Part shown: piece after piece, positions 38,177-51,372 of the stretch | How positions within the stretch are numbered: position 1 is the first letter of the stretch | Layout of the letters: each line of letters starts with the position of its first letter | Origin: Schmidtea polychroa | Lineage: Eukaryota | NCBI GenBank assembly: GCA_044892525.1 | Contig: CM097887.1 | Coordinates: 61,194,001-61,258,000, forward strand | DNA: 64,000 bases | Direction of reading: 5' to 3' | The notes under the pieces: generated by a model | Seen by the model: only the letters and a program-made list of their open reading frames with translations | What the model was told of the DNA's origin: nothing | The model's database searches: none | Translations under genes and position numbers: made by a program

Positions 38177-39319
38177 TTAAATATATCTCACTATTAAATA
38201 GACTTTTTTTTTACGGAAAAATTTATTTTTTTATTAATAAAATTTAATTTTTTTAGGTAGCGTTCAAAGTTTTTATCATTTTAAAATTTTTATTGATTTT
38301 TGCTTTCTTTTTTGAGAATTAACACTAAATTCCAACCAAGCAAATCTGAGTCCAATTTTAATTATTTTATTTTTACATTTTAATTTTAATTTTTTAAATT
38401 TATTATATGTATTATATATTGTTATACGTATATTGTTCATTTACACTATTAAGCACTAAACGTATATTTGGATATAAAAGTTTTAAGGGGTTTTAAAAAT
38501 AGTGTATAAGATATAATTAATTTTCATAACTTTTTTCATTTATGGAGGGCTCATTTAAGAATAATATATTAATAATATAATATGATAAAACAATATTTAA
38601 CAAACAGTCTTAGGTAGAAGTCTTCATGCCATTGAAAAATGCAAGATGGTTCCTTAAGAACTCATTGGTAATTTAAGAAGTACACCAAGTAAACATTTGC
38701 GCATTTACTTTTTCCGTAAAAATTAAATATAATTATTTTACGACAATATTACAAAATGTGGAAATTGAATTTTATGAACTTAACTTTTCCTAGATGTTTA
38801 AAATCTTCTTCGAAATATATCCTAACCTGTTGATATTGTGATTTGTAATTAACATAGTGTCATTTAATAATATCATTTAATTATAATACAAATAAATAAT
38901 AATATTAAATAATAATAATAATAAAAATTAATAAATAAAAATAAATNNNNNNNNNNNNNNNNNNNNNNNNNNNNNNNNNNNNNNNNNNNNNNNNNNNNNN
39001 NNNNNNNNNNNNNNNNNNNNNNNNNNNNNNNNNNNNNNNNNNNNNNNNNNNNNNNNNNNNNNNNNNNNNNNNNNNNNNNNNNNNNNNNNNNNNNNNNNNN
39101 NNNNNNNNNNNNNNNNNNNNNNNNNNNNNNNNNNNNNNNNNNNNNNNNNNNNNNNNGTCCTATGAAAAAAAAATAAATAAATACATTGATTTATTTTTTC
39201 TTATCAAACAAAACAATTAAAACTAAGAAAATTTTTTGATTGTTGTAAAATAATTCTAATCTTCCTGTAAGCTGATTATCTATCAGTTATTCTCTTAAAT
39301 GGGGAAATTGATTCCATGT

Positions 39320-39560
39320 CAAATTTGAAAAGCAGGTTTCCGTCGATTGGATGCAGATGCGCGAGTGCCTTCATATTTCACAGAGCGAAAACACCGTCAC
39401 AGAGCGACACACATTCCCCAAAAAGAAGGAGACAGTTGAACACCGTGCATTTCCAGTACGAACGGCAAAAACAGCCATTTAATCAAATTCTGAATAAATT
39501 TCCGTCAATTACATTCAAACCTAATCGAAATTTTGAGCCATTTCTCCGTCTTGTATCACA
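39320..39560 (-). pseudogene. Degenerate FLYWCH-like zinc-finger coding fragment (possibly from a MULE-type transposon)
   Basis: Minus strand: VIDGNLFRI*LNGCFCRSYWKCTVFNC...CDG...AHLHP, matching the spacing of FLYWCH (F/Y..YW.C...C...H.H). Confidence 0.4.
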
Positions 39561-40817
39561 ATTCACTATTTTCAATTGAGCCTAGATATTTATATCTTTT
39601 TGTTGCTTTCTATTATTTAATTTGAAATCGTGATCTTTCAGGAAATCTTTAGACCTCTTCTCTTTTCCTTTAAGAATGAATTACTATTTTATTCTTTTGT
39701 TTTCAACTCATTTGATTTTTAAATTAATTAAAAGCTTAATATCGGAATTTCATAGCCATTTTTATTGAGATTCTCATATTCCCATGAAATATTGGGATAT
39801 TGAGATTTTTCCATTATCAACTTGATGGCTTCAATTTTTCTCCAACAGTTGACATGATTGACAAAACTCTAGTTAAAATTTTAATTTAGTCTATATGCCG
39901 TTTCTTTTTCATTTAATTGTAAATTTATATTTCAAAAATTAAAACAAATAATATTCAACTAAATTAAAGTTTCTCAAGTTACTAGTAATCTTATTAATTA
40001 TAAAAGAGATATAAATATTTAATCGAGAAGTAAAAATATCGAAAAGATCAGTAGTATAAATAATAAATGAAAGGTAACTTTAGAAAATAAATGATAGATA
40101 TGAAAAATATAAATGAAAGGTAAATTAATTTTCATTTGTGAAAAGTTAAAATATTTATAAAAAAAGTACCATAAAAATTTATTTAACAATTTTGCTTGAT
40201 GTTTTAATGTTGATTTAACTTTTTGAGGTCTTCCTCTTTTACGTCCTCTCATTATCTCGGAATATTTCTTGCTGCTGATGGTTTTCATTGTTTCAAAAGT
40301 ACTGTAATATAAATAATATGTTTGCCGAGATGACACTTACGTCTCTTAACATTCTTATATCAAAAATTAACTTTTTGCCTTCCTCAGTTGGATTCTGGAA
40401 AATTATAGTGTACCTCTTTCCGATACCCAATGTTTTGAAGATTTCTTCTTCAGTTTCAAAGAAAGCGAACTTTCCCCAATCCAGTCTTTCTTTCTAGAAT
40501 TCTTTGATGAAGGACTTTCAACATTTGCTCTCTCCGACTCACTGCTAACCGGCGGCTTCAATTCAAATGTTGCTATTTTTCATATTGATTTTTTATAAAG
40601 TTATATAAATAAAAATTTCAATAGTTAAATCTAAATTTAAAACAACAATACTGCTCAAATAAAGAAATAAATGCATCTCAATAAAATTTAAATTACATTT
40701 CAAATTTATATTTTATTAACTCATTTTATTAATTTACTAATTCAAATATATAATTAATATCTTATTAAATAAATTAATTACTCATTAATTAATTTGTCCA
40801 CTTATTTAATAATATTA

Positions 40818-41301
40818 CAGGGGTTGTGATCACATTTTGACATTCTTTCAATCAATTTTAACAAATATTATTACTATGAAAATTTTACTATATTATATTT
40901 AAAATTAATAAATATGTAAGCAAAAACTTAATTTTTATTCATCATAAATCTCCTCTTTCTCAAACATTTTGGGATAAATTCAAAAAAATGTCTGTAATGA
41001 TTTCATTCAATGTGATAGCGCAATTGTCATCAATCCAATCAAGCACTTCTCTTTTATGAGATTCAGAAAGAGAATGCCGGCGTACACCACCTTTTTGGCT
41101 CCTAGTGTTTTGATAATAAAATGAACCGTTGTCCTTTTGAACCTCATAATTCTTGCAATCGTAGCTACGCTATATCCATCGATATATGACTCGATAATCC
41201 TTCTTCTATCATCATCTGTAATATGATCATTAACCATTAATAGGCTGAATATATTTGTTAAAATTGATTGAAAGAATGTCAAAATGTGATGATAACTCCT
41301 G
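40818..41301 (-). mobile_element. Tc1/IS630-like deletion derivative with ~50-bp TIRs and N-terminal HTH remnant
   Basis: TA|CAGGGGTTGTGATCACATTTTGACATTCTTTCAATCAATTTTAACAAAT, with the inverted copy ending at 41301|TA. Internal MVNDHITDDDRRRIIESYIDGYSVATIARIMRFKRTTVHFIIK. Confidence 0.88.
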
Positions 41302-41771
41302 TATCTTTCATTTCATTATTTTAACCTTTTGACTAGATACAAGCCTTAAAAACAATGTTAAATATATGCCAAAATATGCCAAGAAGAAAATTATTAAATT
41401 AAACATATTTTGCTTATCCTTTAGTCGTGTTCTCTATCTATGCACATGACGTGATTAAAAAAGAATAATATTCCTTTCTAGTACCACTGATTAAGAGAAG
41501 CATAAGGCGTTTTGTGTCGTTTACCATAAGGCTGCCAAAGTAGTGGTACTGGAAAGTACTTTGATCAGAATTTAGTATTAATATTTTTTAATTATTTAAA
41601 CATTTTTGTTTTGATAAATAATTAAAAAGCAATTATTTATTATGAATATATTTAATGTTACACAGACTTGACGCAAAAAGAGAAATTAACAGATTTGTTT
41701 TATACATTTCAATATTATTAAATTGTTAAAACAAAACTTTAAAAAGTTTCAAAATATATATTATTTAAATA

Positions 41772-42897
41772 CAGTGGCGTCACTAGGGTTGGTGTCACTC
41801 CTTTACGACACCTCAGAGACCTCCGAGCCCGCCAGTGTCAAATAATGGAAACGTACAGAATCCTTAGTTACGTTTATAAATATAGTTCCTATATTTACAA
41901 AGGCAATAGAAGAAAAAATTAATTTAAGGTCGGTTAGTAAAAGACTGTAAGAAGTTAATTTTATGTCATATTAAATCTTGACTAAACCAGGAATTTTCTT
42001 TCCTGGCCTTTAGAGCTGCAAACTTGTTAATTACTTCATCGAAACAACTCCTTTTACCAAATCACTTTCAATTGATAATATTGCAAGATCAGAAAGCCTT
42101 GACTGTCTCATGGTAGATCGCAAATAGTTTTTTATAAACATTAGCTTTGAAAAACTCCTCTCACATGAAGCCACAGACACACAGATCGTAAGAAATAATT
42201 GTAGGCTCAATGAGAGATGGGAGATATTCTAGGAAAACCCATTCAGCTGTGAATTTCAAAACTTCAAGTATTGACCAGTCTTTGGCTTCTTTGAGATCAA
42301 TCTCTGCTGCATTCAGGTGCCTTATAGCCTTGATATTTCTAATAAAAGCTTTTCTTCTGATAACTCATCATAGAACGTGGTCAATTTTGGAATAGACACC
42401 AGTAACTCTTCTTCAGTGGCAGATATCAAACTCTTGGTTTGAACAACCTCATCCTTGAAAGTTCTTGATATGATCTGGCAGAGTTAGTCCAGTGTCTCTA
42501 GTCTTCTCACCTGTCATCCTCTTCTTGAACCTGGGTCTGCTCTCTACTAACATTCCATATTGGTCTGATTTTCAAAGTGCTTGTCCAATTGCCTGCTCCA
42601 CAAGATGATTTCGCTGCTCGTATATAAAAAGTCTAAGCGTCTCTAGCTTTATCACCACCTTGTCAAGAGTTACGCCCTTAGTCTGAAGATAAGATTAAGA
42701 TTAACTTCTTCAAGTAAATCACACCAAAAGAAGTAGTAGCACTGGGATAAAAACGCCGAAGCGGGCCTCCGGGAAAAGTGCGCGTCATCGCCGCCATTCT
42801 AATTTCATGGAGCGTCATAGAATCATAGACAGTGATATTTTGCATTTATATGTCACCCCTTGTGATAAAGTCACGCGGTGTGATCCGCACCCCCGTA
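41772..42897 (-). mobile_element. hAT-Tip100 (ZMYM1-like) internally deleted element; other end probably in the gap
   Basis: TIR CAGTGGCGTCACTAGGG at 41772. The minus strand at ~41990-42250 encodes LSLSLQLFLTICVSVASCERSFSKLM.IKNYLRSTM.QSRLSDLAILSIESDL (hAT dimerization domain). Subterminal GGTGTGATCCGCACCCC lies just before the N-gap. Confidence 0.88.
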
Positions 42898-43229
42898 NNN
42901 NNNNNNNNNNNNNNNNNNNNNNNNNNNNNNNNNNNNNNNNNNNNNNNNNNNNNNNNNNNNNNNNNNNNNNNNNNNNNNNNNNNNNNNNNNNNNNNNNNNN
43001 NNNNNNNNNNNNNNNNNNNNNNNNNNNNNNNNNNNNNNNNNNNNNNNNNNNNNNNNNNNNNNNNNNNNNNNNNNNNNNNNNNNNNNNNNNNNNNTGATGC
43101 AATTTTCAGTAGTGCAATGTATAGATGGAATTTAAAACTAAGTATAATAGCACTTTAAATATTTGAAAAATGTTAATGCGTATCTACTGGGTGTATCTAC
43201 TGTAGTAAATCAAGGTGACCCTGAGTAGG

Positions 43230-43385
43230 GTTAGGGTACGCTAGGGGTGGTCACCTGGGGTTGAAATATTGCCTATGACCTGTCCCGAGTCAAATGAGAG
43301 TCACATGCAAAATTTCAGCACCCTAGGTTCAACGGTGGGGAATTCTATGGGTAACAAACAAACAAACTTTCTTCTTTATATACTT
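43230..43385 (+). mobile_element. Helentron/DINE-1-like (HINE) 3' terminal fragment
   Basis: CATGCAAAATTTCAGC...CTAGGTTCAACGG...ACAAACAAACAAAC..TTTCTTCTTTATATA, the characteristic layout of non-autonomous Helentron ends. Confidence 0.5.
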
Positions 43386-46300
43386 TCATCTTCAATTTCA
43401 TTATAAAAAGTGCCTTGTTCCAACCGGAACAGTGTACTATGTCTTTTAATTGAGCAAGGAACAAAGAAATTAGAGAAAACGTTGATTGCTTGTATATGTT
43501 AGAGAAGATATCATCAAATAAGTTTATTACACTAATTTTATCAGTGAAGTCTCGGCACAAAAACAAAATATACAAAAATACAATTGCAAATTTTAGGTTT
43601 TTGTCACTGAAATTTCAGTCCTACGGTCTAGATCTTATGCCCAAAGAACTTTGATTATCCAATTAAATGAATAAAAGTAGGAGAGGTTACAAAATGTATA
43701 AAGATTACTTTCCTAATAAAGACTTTATTAATTTCCGAAAAATCTAAAAATCAGAAATTTACAAAGTTGACCTTCGACTTGGTGAAATAGCTGTTGACAT
43801 TGCTCGGCATCTTTTAGAAAAGATCTTTATCAAACGCAAATTTGAACTGTAAAACTCAGAGTCCTTCTACCAAGAATCATATTCAAATACATTTTCCTAA
43901 ACATAAACCAATGTGCATGTATCAAGTAATAAATATTTTTCGTTGTTTCCAAAAATCTTTGAAAACCGAATATAACATAATGTAATAAAAGCCATCGGTA
44001 TTTTTTATTCCCCCTCCCGTACTTCAATATCGTCATTTAAATGCAAAGCCCATTCTTCATAACCTTTTTTAAAAAATTTATAAACATTTTTTAAAGGGAA
44101 TTTAATTTAATTTTTTTCCTAGAATTTGAATTGGACTTTTAACGAGAAAAAGTCTAGGAGTCTACCAATCGAGAAAAAGCACAATTGCATTGATTAATAA
44201 TCGACTGCAATCCATCAAATCAAACGTCATCAATAAAATGGGCCCCAGTCAATATTCAGCCGTACAAGAACTGCATCAAGAAATCCAAACGATAATTAGC
44301 GGATTAAGAAAGACATTAAAAAAACAGTGTAAATATCTATTTGATCCGACATAATTCTTTTCATTATTTTATTTGTCACAATCATTGATTGATTTGATGG
44401 GAGCATTCTTGCTGAGTTTTTCTGTAATTTTTTTTTCATCATTAAAACGTTTTCTTTTTTTCGACAACAAGTTTTCACTTGTTTGGGGTTTTGTTATTTA
44501 TAAACTCAGTCTTCGTTAATGGTTTCAGGTCATCATAAATCAAGGGAGATGAATATTTTGAAAACCATTTTATCAGTTGATAAATAAATTGTGCTTTGTT
44601 GGAAAATCTGTCAGACAATACGCCCGACGTTATACTCGACTATTTATGACGGCTCTCACAATTGACTCTTGAGGACACATTCTGTTGAGTTGGTTGTTAT
44701 TCAGGAGGATACGGTTGAGTAGTCTCGGGTGATTATCAAATTGAAATTTTTGACGATTTATTACTTTTATTTTTAGCATAAGGTCTAAAATTTCATAAAT
44801 TCCATAAATCAAAACAATAAATAATTAATTATCTTTTACAAGGAGTCCATTTCTATTGAACAAGTATACGTTATGTTCCTCTTTTGATTGATTTCGGGTT
44901 TGAGNNNNNNNNNNNNNNNNNNNNNNNNNNNNNNNNNNNNNNNNNNNNNNNNNNNNNNNNNNNNNNNNNNNNNNNNNNNNNNNNNNNNNNNNNNNNNNNN
45001 NNNNNNNNNNNNNNNNNNNNNNNNNNNNNNNNNNNNNNNNNNNNNNNNNNNNNNAATAATAAAAAGGTTATAACTCAAAATGAGAAAAAAAATCTTGAAG
45101 AGCATTTACAATTTCAACATTTAACATAAAATAATTATATTGTCAAAATTTATTATCTAATTATATATGATGATAATAAAATAAGTGAAAAGATAATTTC
45201 GGTAAAATTGATTTCTACAGAAAATCTAAAATTCTACTTTTTACCTTGTCATCAATAATCATAATTTTGATACGTTTTTTTATTTTACTTCAATATGAAA
45301 ATTATTTGAAATGCATATTCTATATTTATTCTACATTTTTAATTTGTTTGAATCACTCATATACGCAAGTAGCTTATTAAAGAAACAAAAGTTTATAAAT
45401 TGAAATTGGAATAAAGGTTTTATATAGTAATTTCTAATTATTCATTTATTATGACTTTGGTGATTATTGTTTTGAATGGGGGGGGGAATTAGCAACACAT
45501 AATTTTAAAAATTATTTATTTAAAACTAATATTAAATATAAACTATTTATTCATTTTTCCATTTCCATTCCATCTCATGGTATTCTATAAAACCTAAACG
45601 GAAATTAGAGAATTGATCAGTAGTAAAAAAAGAGAAATAATAAAAATAAACAGTTTTCAAAATAAAGAATATTTAGTGGGCCTACTAATAAGTGTTTTTA
45701 TTGTTACTAAAGTTTGTGACAAACAAACAATTATTCATAATTATAATTTTTATTTAAATTTGATTAATTTAAATTTTATTTATATACTAAACTAACACAA
45801 TACTATTAGAAGTAAAAAATAAAAATCGAAAAAATATGGGAAATTTATTTTTTATGGTTCTTTTTTAAAGAAATGAAAATAGAGAAAATTTTACAAAAGA
45901 TCAAAAGTAAAATACATTTTTTAAATATTTTTTTAATCTTTTTCAAAAAGCTGAAACGTAACTTCAAATCAGTAAATTCTTTTATTTCCGATATTCCCAT
46001 TATTCAAATTCTGTTTTTATTTGTAATTAAATTGATTTTAATTAAAATTCATAAATTATTTTGTTTTAAAAAAATTCTAATGGTCACGAATTCAGAATCT
46101 ATATCCAGATAAGTAAAAAAATATTAGTTATTTCTGAATAATATCTTCAATTAAAGAAAACATTTGTTTGTCGTGGAATATTTAATTAATATTTATTCAA
46201 AACAATTTATTTGGCATAATTTTCCATGGTGAATGATGGCAACAATTAAAACATTGCAATGAAATTATAATGCAACTTTTATTATCTGCAGCCGTTGCAA

Positions 46301-49300
46301 ACTGTCATACAAGACATTTATCATTAACTCCTTCAATTCTAAAAGGAAATTAAACTATCAATCTAAATTTCATAAGAAACCAATTATTAATATATAATAT
46401 TGGTAATTTCACTTTTTTATGCTTTGGAACTTTTTCATAATNNNNNNNNNNNNNNNNNNNNNNNNNNNNNNNNNNNNNNNNNNNNNNNNNNNNNNNNNNN
46501 NNNNNNNNNNNNNNNNNNNNNNNNNNNNNNNNNNNNNNNNNNNNNNNNNNNNNNNNNNNNNNNNNNNNNNNNNNNNNNNNNNNNNNNNNNNNNNNNNNNN
46601 NNNNNNNNNNNNNNNNNNNNNNNNNNNNNNNNNNNNNNNNNNNNNNNCCAAGGTAGCAGCATTAATTCAATGTTAAACCAATAAATGTTAACACTTTGGC
46701 TTTGTCCAAGGAAAAAAGTCTATTTGAATGGTACCATATTACTATATGGTAAAAATGTCTCATCAAAATATAACTTTTTGAAGAAGCAACCGTTTTCAAT
46801 TTTAAGAAAATAAGACGATTAAATAAATAATTATCCATTCAACATCGAATTTATATTGGATCAACTTACAAAAATAATGAAAATAATTTTTTGATCACTG
46901 AATATTTTCTAGAATCTGCAGTGCAGATTCTGCACTTGCTAAATAATTCATGATTTGAATCGCCTGTTGAGTAGGATCCATCTAATGGTGGCCGAAGGAG
47001 GCAAATACACCTTTAGATTGCTAGAAATAATGCTTCATAGGGTCCTTTGAGTTTCAATTTTAAAAATTGTACACATCTGAATAATTATATTTGTAACTCA
47101 CTATTGCCATGCAATAGAAACATGAAGTTTGGATTGCACGTTATAAATTGAAAAATTTAAAGTGATAGGAATTATTATTTATTTGTAAGGGATAAATCTG
47201 TTTGTAATATACAAAAGTTGACTGACACAAAAAACAATATATTCATTGCGGGTTACCGATCCAAATGGCGTCGTCTTGTATATATGATGCGTAAGTGGGT
47301 TTTAATTGAAGTTGGATTGCGTCTATACCCCACATTACATGTAAAGTCATATGGGAAATAAATACATAAAACTTGGTGTATGAAATACCTAAACTTGGTC
47401 CTCAATTCTTTTTATATTGAAAATTATTTTTTGAAAATTTTCTAAATTTCCTTATAAAAATAATTAATAAATAAAAATATTTATTATATATTAATATTTA
47501 TTAATTTCTGAGTTTGATATTAATTGAATAAAATTATTATTTAAATTTAAATAAAATTTTGATTAAAACAAAAACAATTTCAATTAAATATTAATTAAAT
47601 AAATTTAAAAATCGATTGATAATTATTAACTGAGTATTTGTTTATACATATCGACAATTAAAAATAATACAACCAGAAAATAGGTGTTAAATATGCATCA
47701 GTTAATAATTTCCCACCAACCGGGGGTTTTTTTTCCTCCATGGAAAAACACAATATTTCTCTCAAAGTGAAAATTGTCTGGGGAATTGGAAGTTTTTTTG
47801 TTTTCTTAATGCAATTTTTTTCATCTTTGACAAAAATGAAATTTAATTGAGATTGTTTTGTTGATTTTGATTTACAAGATAAAAACTTGATTTCTTTGAA
47901 TGAGTGAGAAGCATAGAGTTTAGCAAAGCGACAGAGATTGAACACACCAAGAACAGAATTAGTCTGTCAAAAAAGAAAATTGGAATTATAAAGTAATCCA
48001 TCAGAATCATCATAAGGAAATGCGGTTATTGTTTCAGCAAACCGTTCTACGGTGCCAGGCAATTAATAGCGATACTATTGGTAAATCATAATCACTCGGG
48101 TCTGCTGGAAGTGAGTTGAGGCGCTCAGGTTTGTTTTATATCGTTTTAACTGTTGTCGTTATAATTTGCTGTTTTTCGTTTTTAATTGAGATGTAAATTG
48201 CCATTCGAGATTTTAAATTGAAAACTGGAAATTTCACGTCTTTTGTTTATGTGATATCAAATGAAAAACATTTCTTGATCCACTGCGTGAATGGATATTA
48301 AAATTATCAATTGAATAATATTCCAAAAAAAACAAAAAACAATAGATGAATTATTTTAAATCTCTTGGTCGTTTTAAATAATGATTGATTAAAACAAATT
48401 TTTTATAGTTATTATCAAACGAAATTGAATTTTTTCCTGAGAAGTTTGTTTTAATTAATAATCGGAATCAAATATTTTTCAACTCCTAATATTTGTTTAA
48501 AGTTTAATTTATATTTTATACTTATATTTTATAATTTATATTTTATACTTGAAACGAGTGAGCAGGAAATTTGTGTTAAATAAATCAAAATATTAATTAA
48601 ATGAATGATAATCTGTCCTTAGATAAACAATTTTGGAAAAAAATTATTATTTATTTATTGTCCCAGGCGCGAAATTTATTTAAAACTATGTAGACAAAAA
48701 TTTTAAATTTTAAAATCATAATGTTACTTAAAGATGATAAATTTTAAATTGATTTGATATATTCTTTTTCTCATTAAAAAAATTTTAAAAATATTGAAAC
48801 TTTTAGAAAAGTTAAATGTTAAATATTGATTGTATAAGTAAAAATTTCAATGTTTTCTGAAAATCGATTTGTTGTTATTGAATATTGACAATTTAAAAAT
48901 ATTTCAATAATTAAAATAAAATAAATAGTAATTTTAATGAAAAATCTAAAAAAAAATTTTAAAAAACACGGAATTACATTAAAATAAAACATTTACGATT
49001 TGCTATATATATTTTAGTGTTTAGATACGTAATAAAATATAGGTAAATATTAATTACTCTCCTCTACCGACTCCCTCATTTCGCATATCGGATTAGGTAC
49101 CTATTTTTACGGCTATTTTTACCCGTAAATCTAGTGTTAAATAGATAATTTTAAAAAGTTTTGCTTATCCAAAATTTAGCATTTAGTTTTGATTAGTTCA
49201 ATACTTTAATTTTTTTTAAATAAATATGAATTAATAAATAAAATCCAAAATTAATTTAACAATTATGTTTTGTTTCATCAATTTAGGAATTTATTTCTTT

Positions 49301-49601
49301 TTCATAAAACCCTCTAAAATTCAATATTAATAAATGTTGTTGTAAAAAATACTATTCAAACATTATATTTTTGAAATATTACATTTCTAAAGAAATAAAA
49401 TTTCTGAAATAATTACTTAACGATTATTTGATGAAATTTTGTTGATTAAAATAACATTTTAATTTTTAATGTAAAAAATCTAGAATAGATTTAGTAAATT
49501 AATGTGTAATAGTCTGAAACGAAAGTTAAATAAATTGATGAGATAACATATGACATTTAAATGAAACACATTTAAACAATAAATTGGTATTATTTTTGGT
49601 A

Positions 49602-49969
49602 CTTCCGTGTTATCTTACCCCCAAAAATTAAATTATAAAATACAATTAAAATAACAATATAAAAAATGAGGGAATGCATTATTGGTGACGTTATTGAACA
49701 TTATTGAACATGAATTTATTAAGGCTATCTGTGATTTATGTGATTATGTGATTATGTGAGTTTATGTGGCGCAAACGTGTTCTAAGCAACAGTGCCGATG
49801 TGTTCGACACTATTCTCAAAGACATTGTGGTTTTCTGGCCACCTGGATGACCATTTACAAACTCTTTACAAACATTTGCTGAGTTTGTAACTGTGATTTA
49901 GAAAATAAATATAATAATTATATGTGTTCTTTTTTAATTAAATTTTTGGGGGGTAAGATAATACGGAAG
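49602..49969. mobile_element. TA-flanked MITE with ~33-bp TIRs
   Basis: TA|CTTCCGTGTTATCTTACCCCCAAAAATT.AATT ... AATT.AATTTTTGGGGGGTAAGATAATACGGAAG|TA. Confidence 0.85.
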
Positions 49970-50101
49970 TATCTTATTTTTTAATGAATCATCTTTTTAT
50001 TGTAAGATGGAATAACATTAAAAGTATCAGTAAAACAAATTATCCTTTTACATTTATTTACATTTAAATTTTTCATTTAGGATTTCATTTATTTTCATTT
50101 A

Positions 50102-50238
50102 CCCTAAAATTGAGCAGATAAGCCGCACCCGCAGATAAATCGTATTTATATATTTTTTTAAAAAATCACTTGACATTTTTTCTAAAAAAAATGACTTTTT
50201 CTTCAGATAAGCCGCGTCTTATCTGCGCGATTTTAGGG
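50102..50238. mobile_element. Tc1/mariner (pogo-like) MITE
   Basis: TA|CCCTAAAATTGAGCAGATAAG ... CTTATCTGCGCGATTTTAGGG|TA, with internal GATAAGCCGC repeats. Confidence 0.85.
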
Positions 50239-50299
50239 TAGTTTTTTACAATGGATCAATATTCTCTAATTAATACATATTTTTTGGGATTGCTCTTCG

Positions 50300-50665
50300 T
50301 TTCATATTTTCTACATTTGTAGATATTAAATCGAAAAAAAGAAATAGGCTTTTAGATGTTGAATCGCATCTAAGATTAAAATTAACCAACAGAGAACCAA
50401 ACTATGATGAATTATTATCTCAGCATAAGCAATTTCATCCTTCTCATTAATTACAATAAATTAAGTCTAGTATTTTTTATTTTACAATATTTCAGTTAGA
50501 AAAGTATTTAATTTTTCATTAATGCTATTAATTTAAAGGTCATATATTTTAAAAAAGATATTATAAAAAAGTTTAATCATTATATTAAATTTTAAAGCAA
50601 ATGGGTACATCATATAATGAAAATGATCAAAGTGGTACGCAGTACCAAAAGTTTGGGAAACACTG
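50300..50665 (+). mobile_element. Second hAT-Buster right-end fragment
   Basis: FSTFVDIKSKKRNRLLDVESHLRLKLTNREPNYDELLSQHKQFHPSH* (stop at 50450). TIR AAGTTTGGGAAACACTG ends at 50665. Confidence 0.85.
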
Positions 50666-51218
50666 CCTTAGTTAAAGTTTTACGGATTTTTCACAGTTGA
50701 TATTCCTGTTTAATCTTAATTTTCCCGCAATATTTCACTTTATGTCGTAATACAACTTCACTGGTGTTTGCCCTATTATAATAATTATCCACATATAAAT
50801 GGTGCCACATTTTCATAAGATTTGGAATAATTTCAATTAGTTTTGTTTTCACATTGATAAATGGTAAACTTTTGAAAACTTAATTTCATTCTTATCCATC
50901 AAGAATATTTTTATTTTTTCGTACAATTTTTGTTGCACCTCTATCTTTAGTAAAGATCTTTTTTAATTTTTTATATATTTTGTCATTTATCTGAATTATT
51001 AAAAATTATTAATTTACTTTTCCCAAACAAAACGTGGCTCTTGAAATATTTTAAAATATAAAATTATTTTTTGATTATTCGATTTATTTTAAATATCAAA
51101 AACTAGGTTCAAAATCCAGAAATCTTTAAAAATATTCTTTTATTATTTATACAATTCTCCATTAGGGTAAACTCATAAACTTGATATTACAAAAACAAAA
51201 TATATAAGTGACTATTAG

Positions 51219-51372
51219 AGATTGATGGTATTCACCTTTATTCGACGACTCTGGCATGTGGCGATTCCGGACCCGGATCACTCGACATCTTAGAAGAACA
51301 ATCAGTCGTTTCGGATAGTTGTTTGAACCAGCAAATCACTTCCTTTTTCTACGGTAGTCTTGTTTCAAGTAG
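51219..51372 (+). CDS. Isolated candidate exon of an unknown gene
   Basis: Stop-free, GC-enriched frame (IDGIHLYSTTLACGDSGPGSLDILEEQSVVSDSCLNQQITSFFYGSLVSS) bounded by TTAG and GTAGGT/GTAATA, next to a gap. Confidence 0.3.

Noticed and set aside
40019-40336. AT-hook (RGRKRGRP) ORF as an intact gene
   Set aside because: The frame runs into AT-rich non-coding sequence and the surrounding frames are broken; it is probably a piece of a decayed transposase that I cannot assign.
29600-45130. Weakly coding-like islands at ~30.4-30.9, 33.8-34.2 and 44.1-44.8 kb
   Set aside because: Many stops in all frames and no recognisable motif, so they cannot be supported as features.
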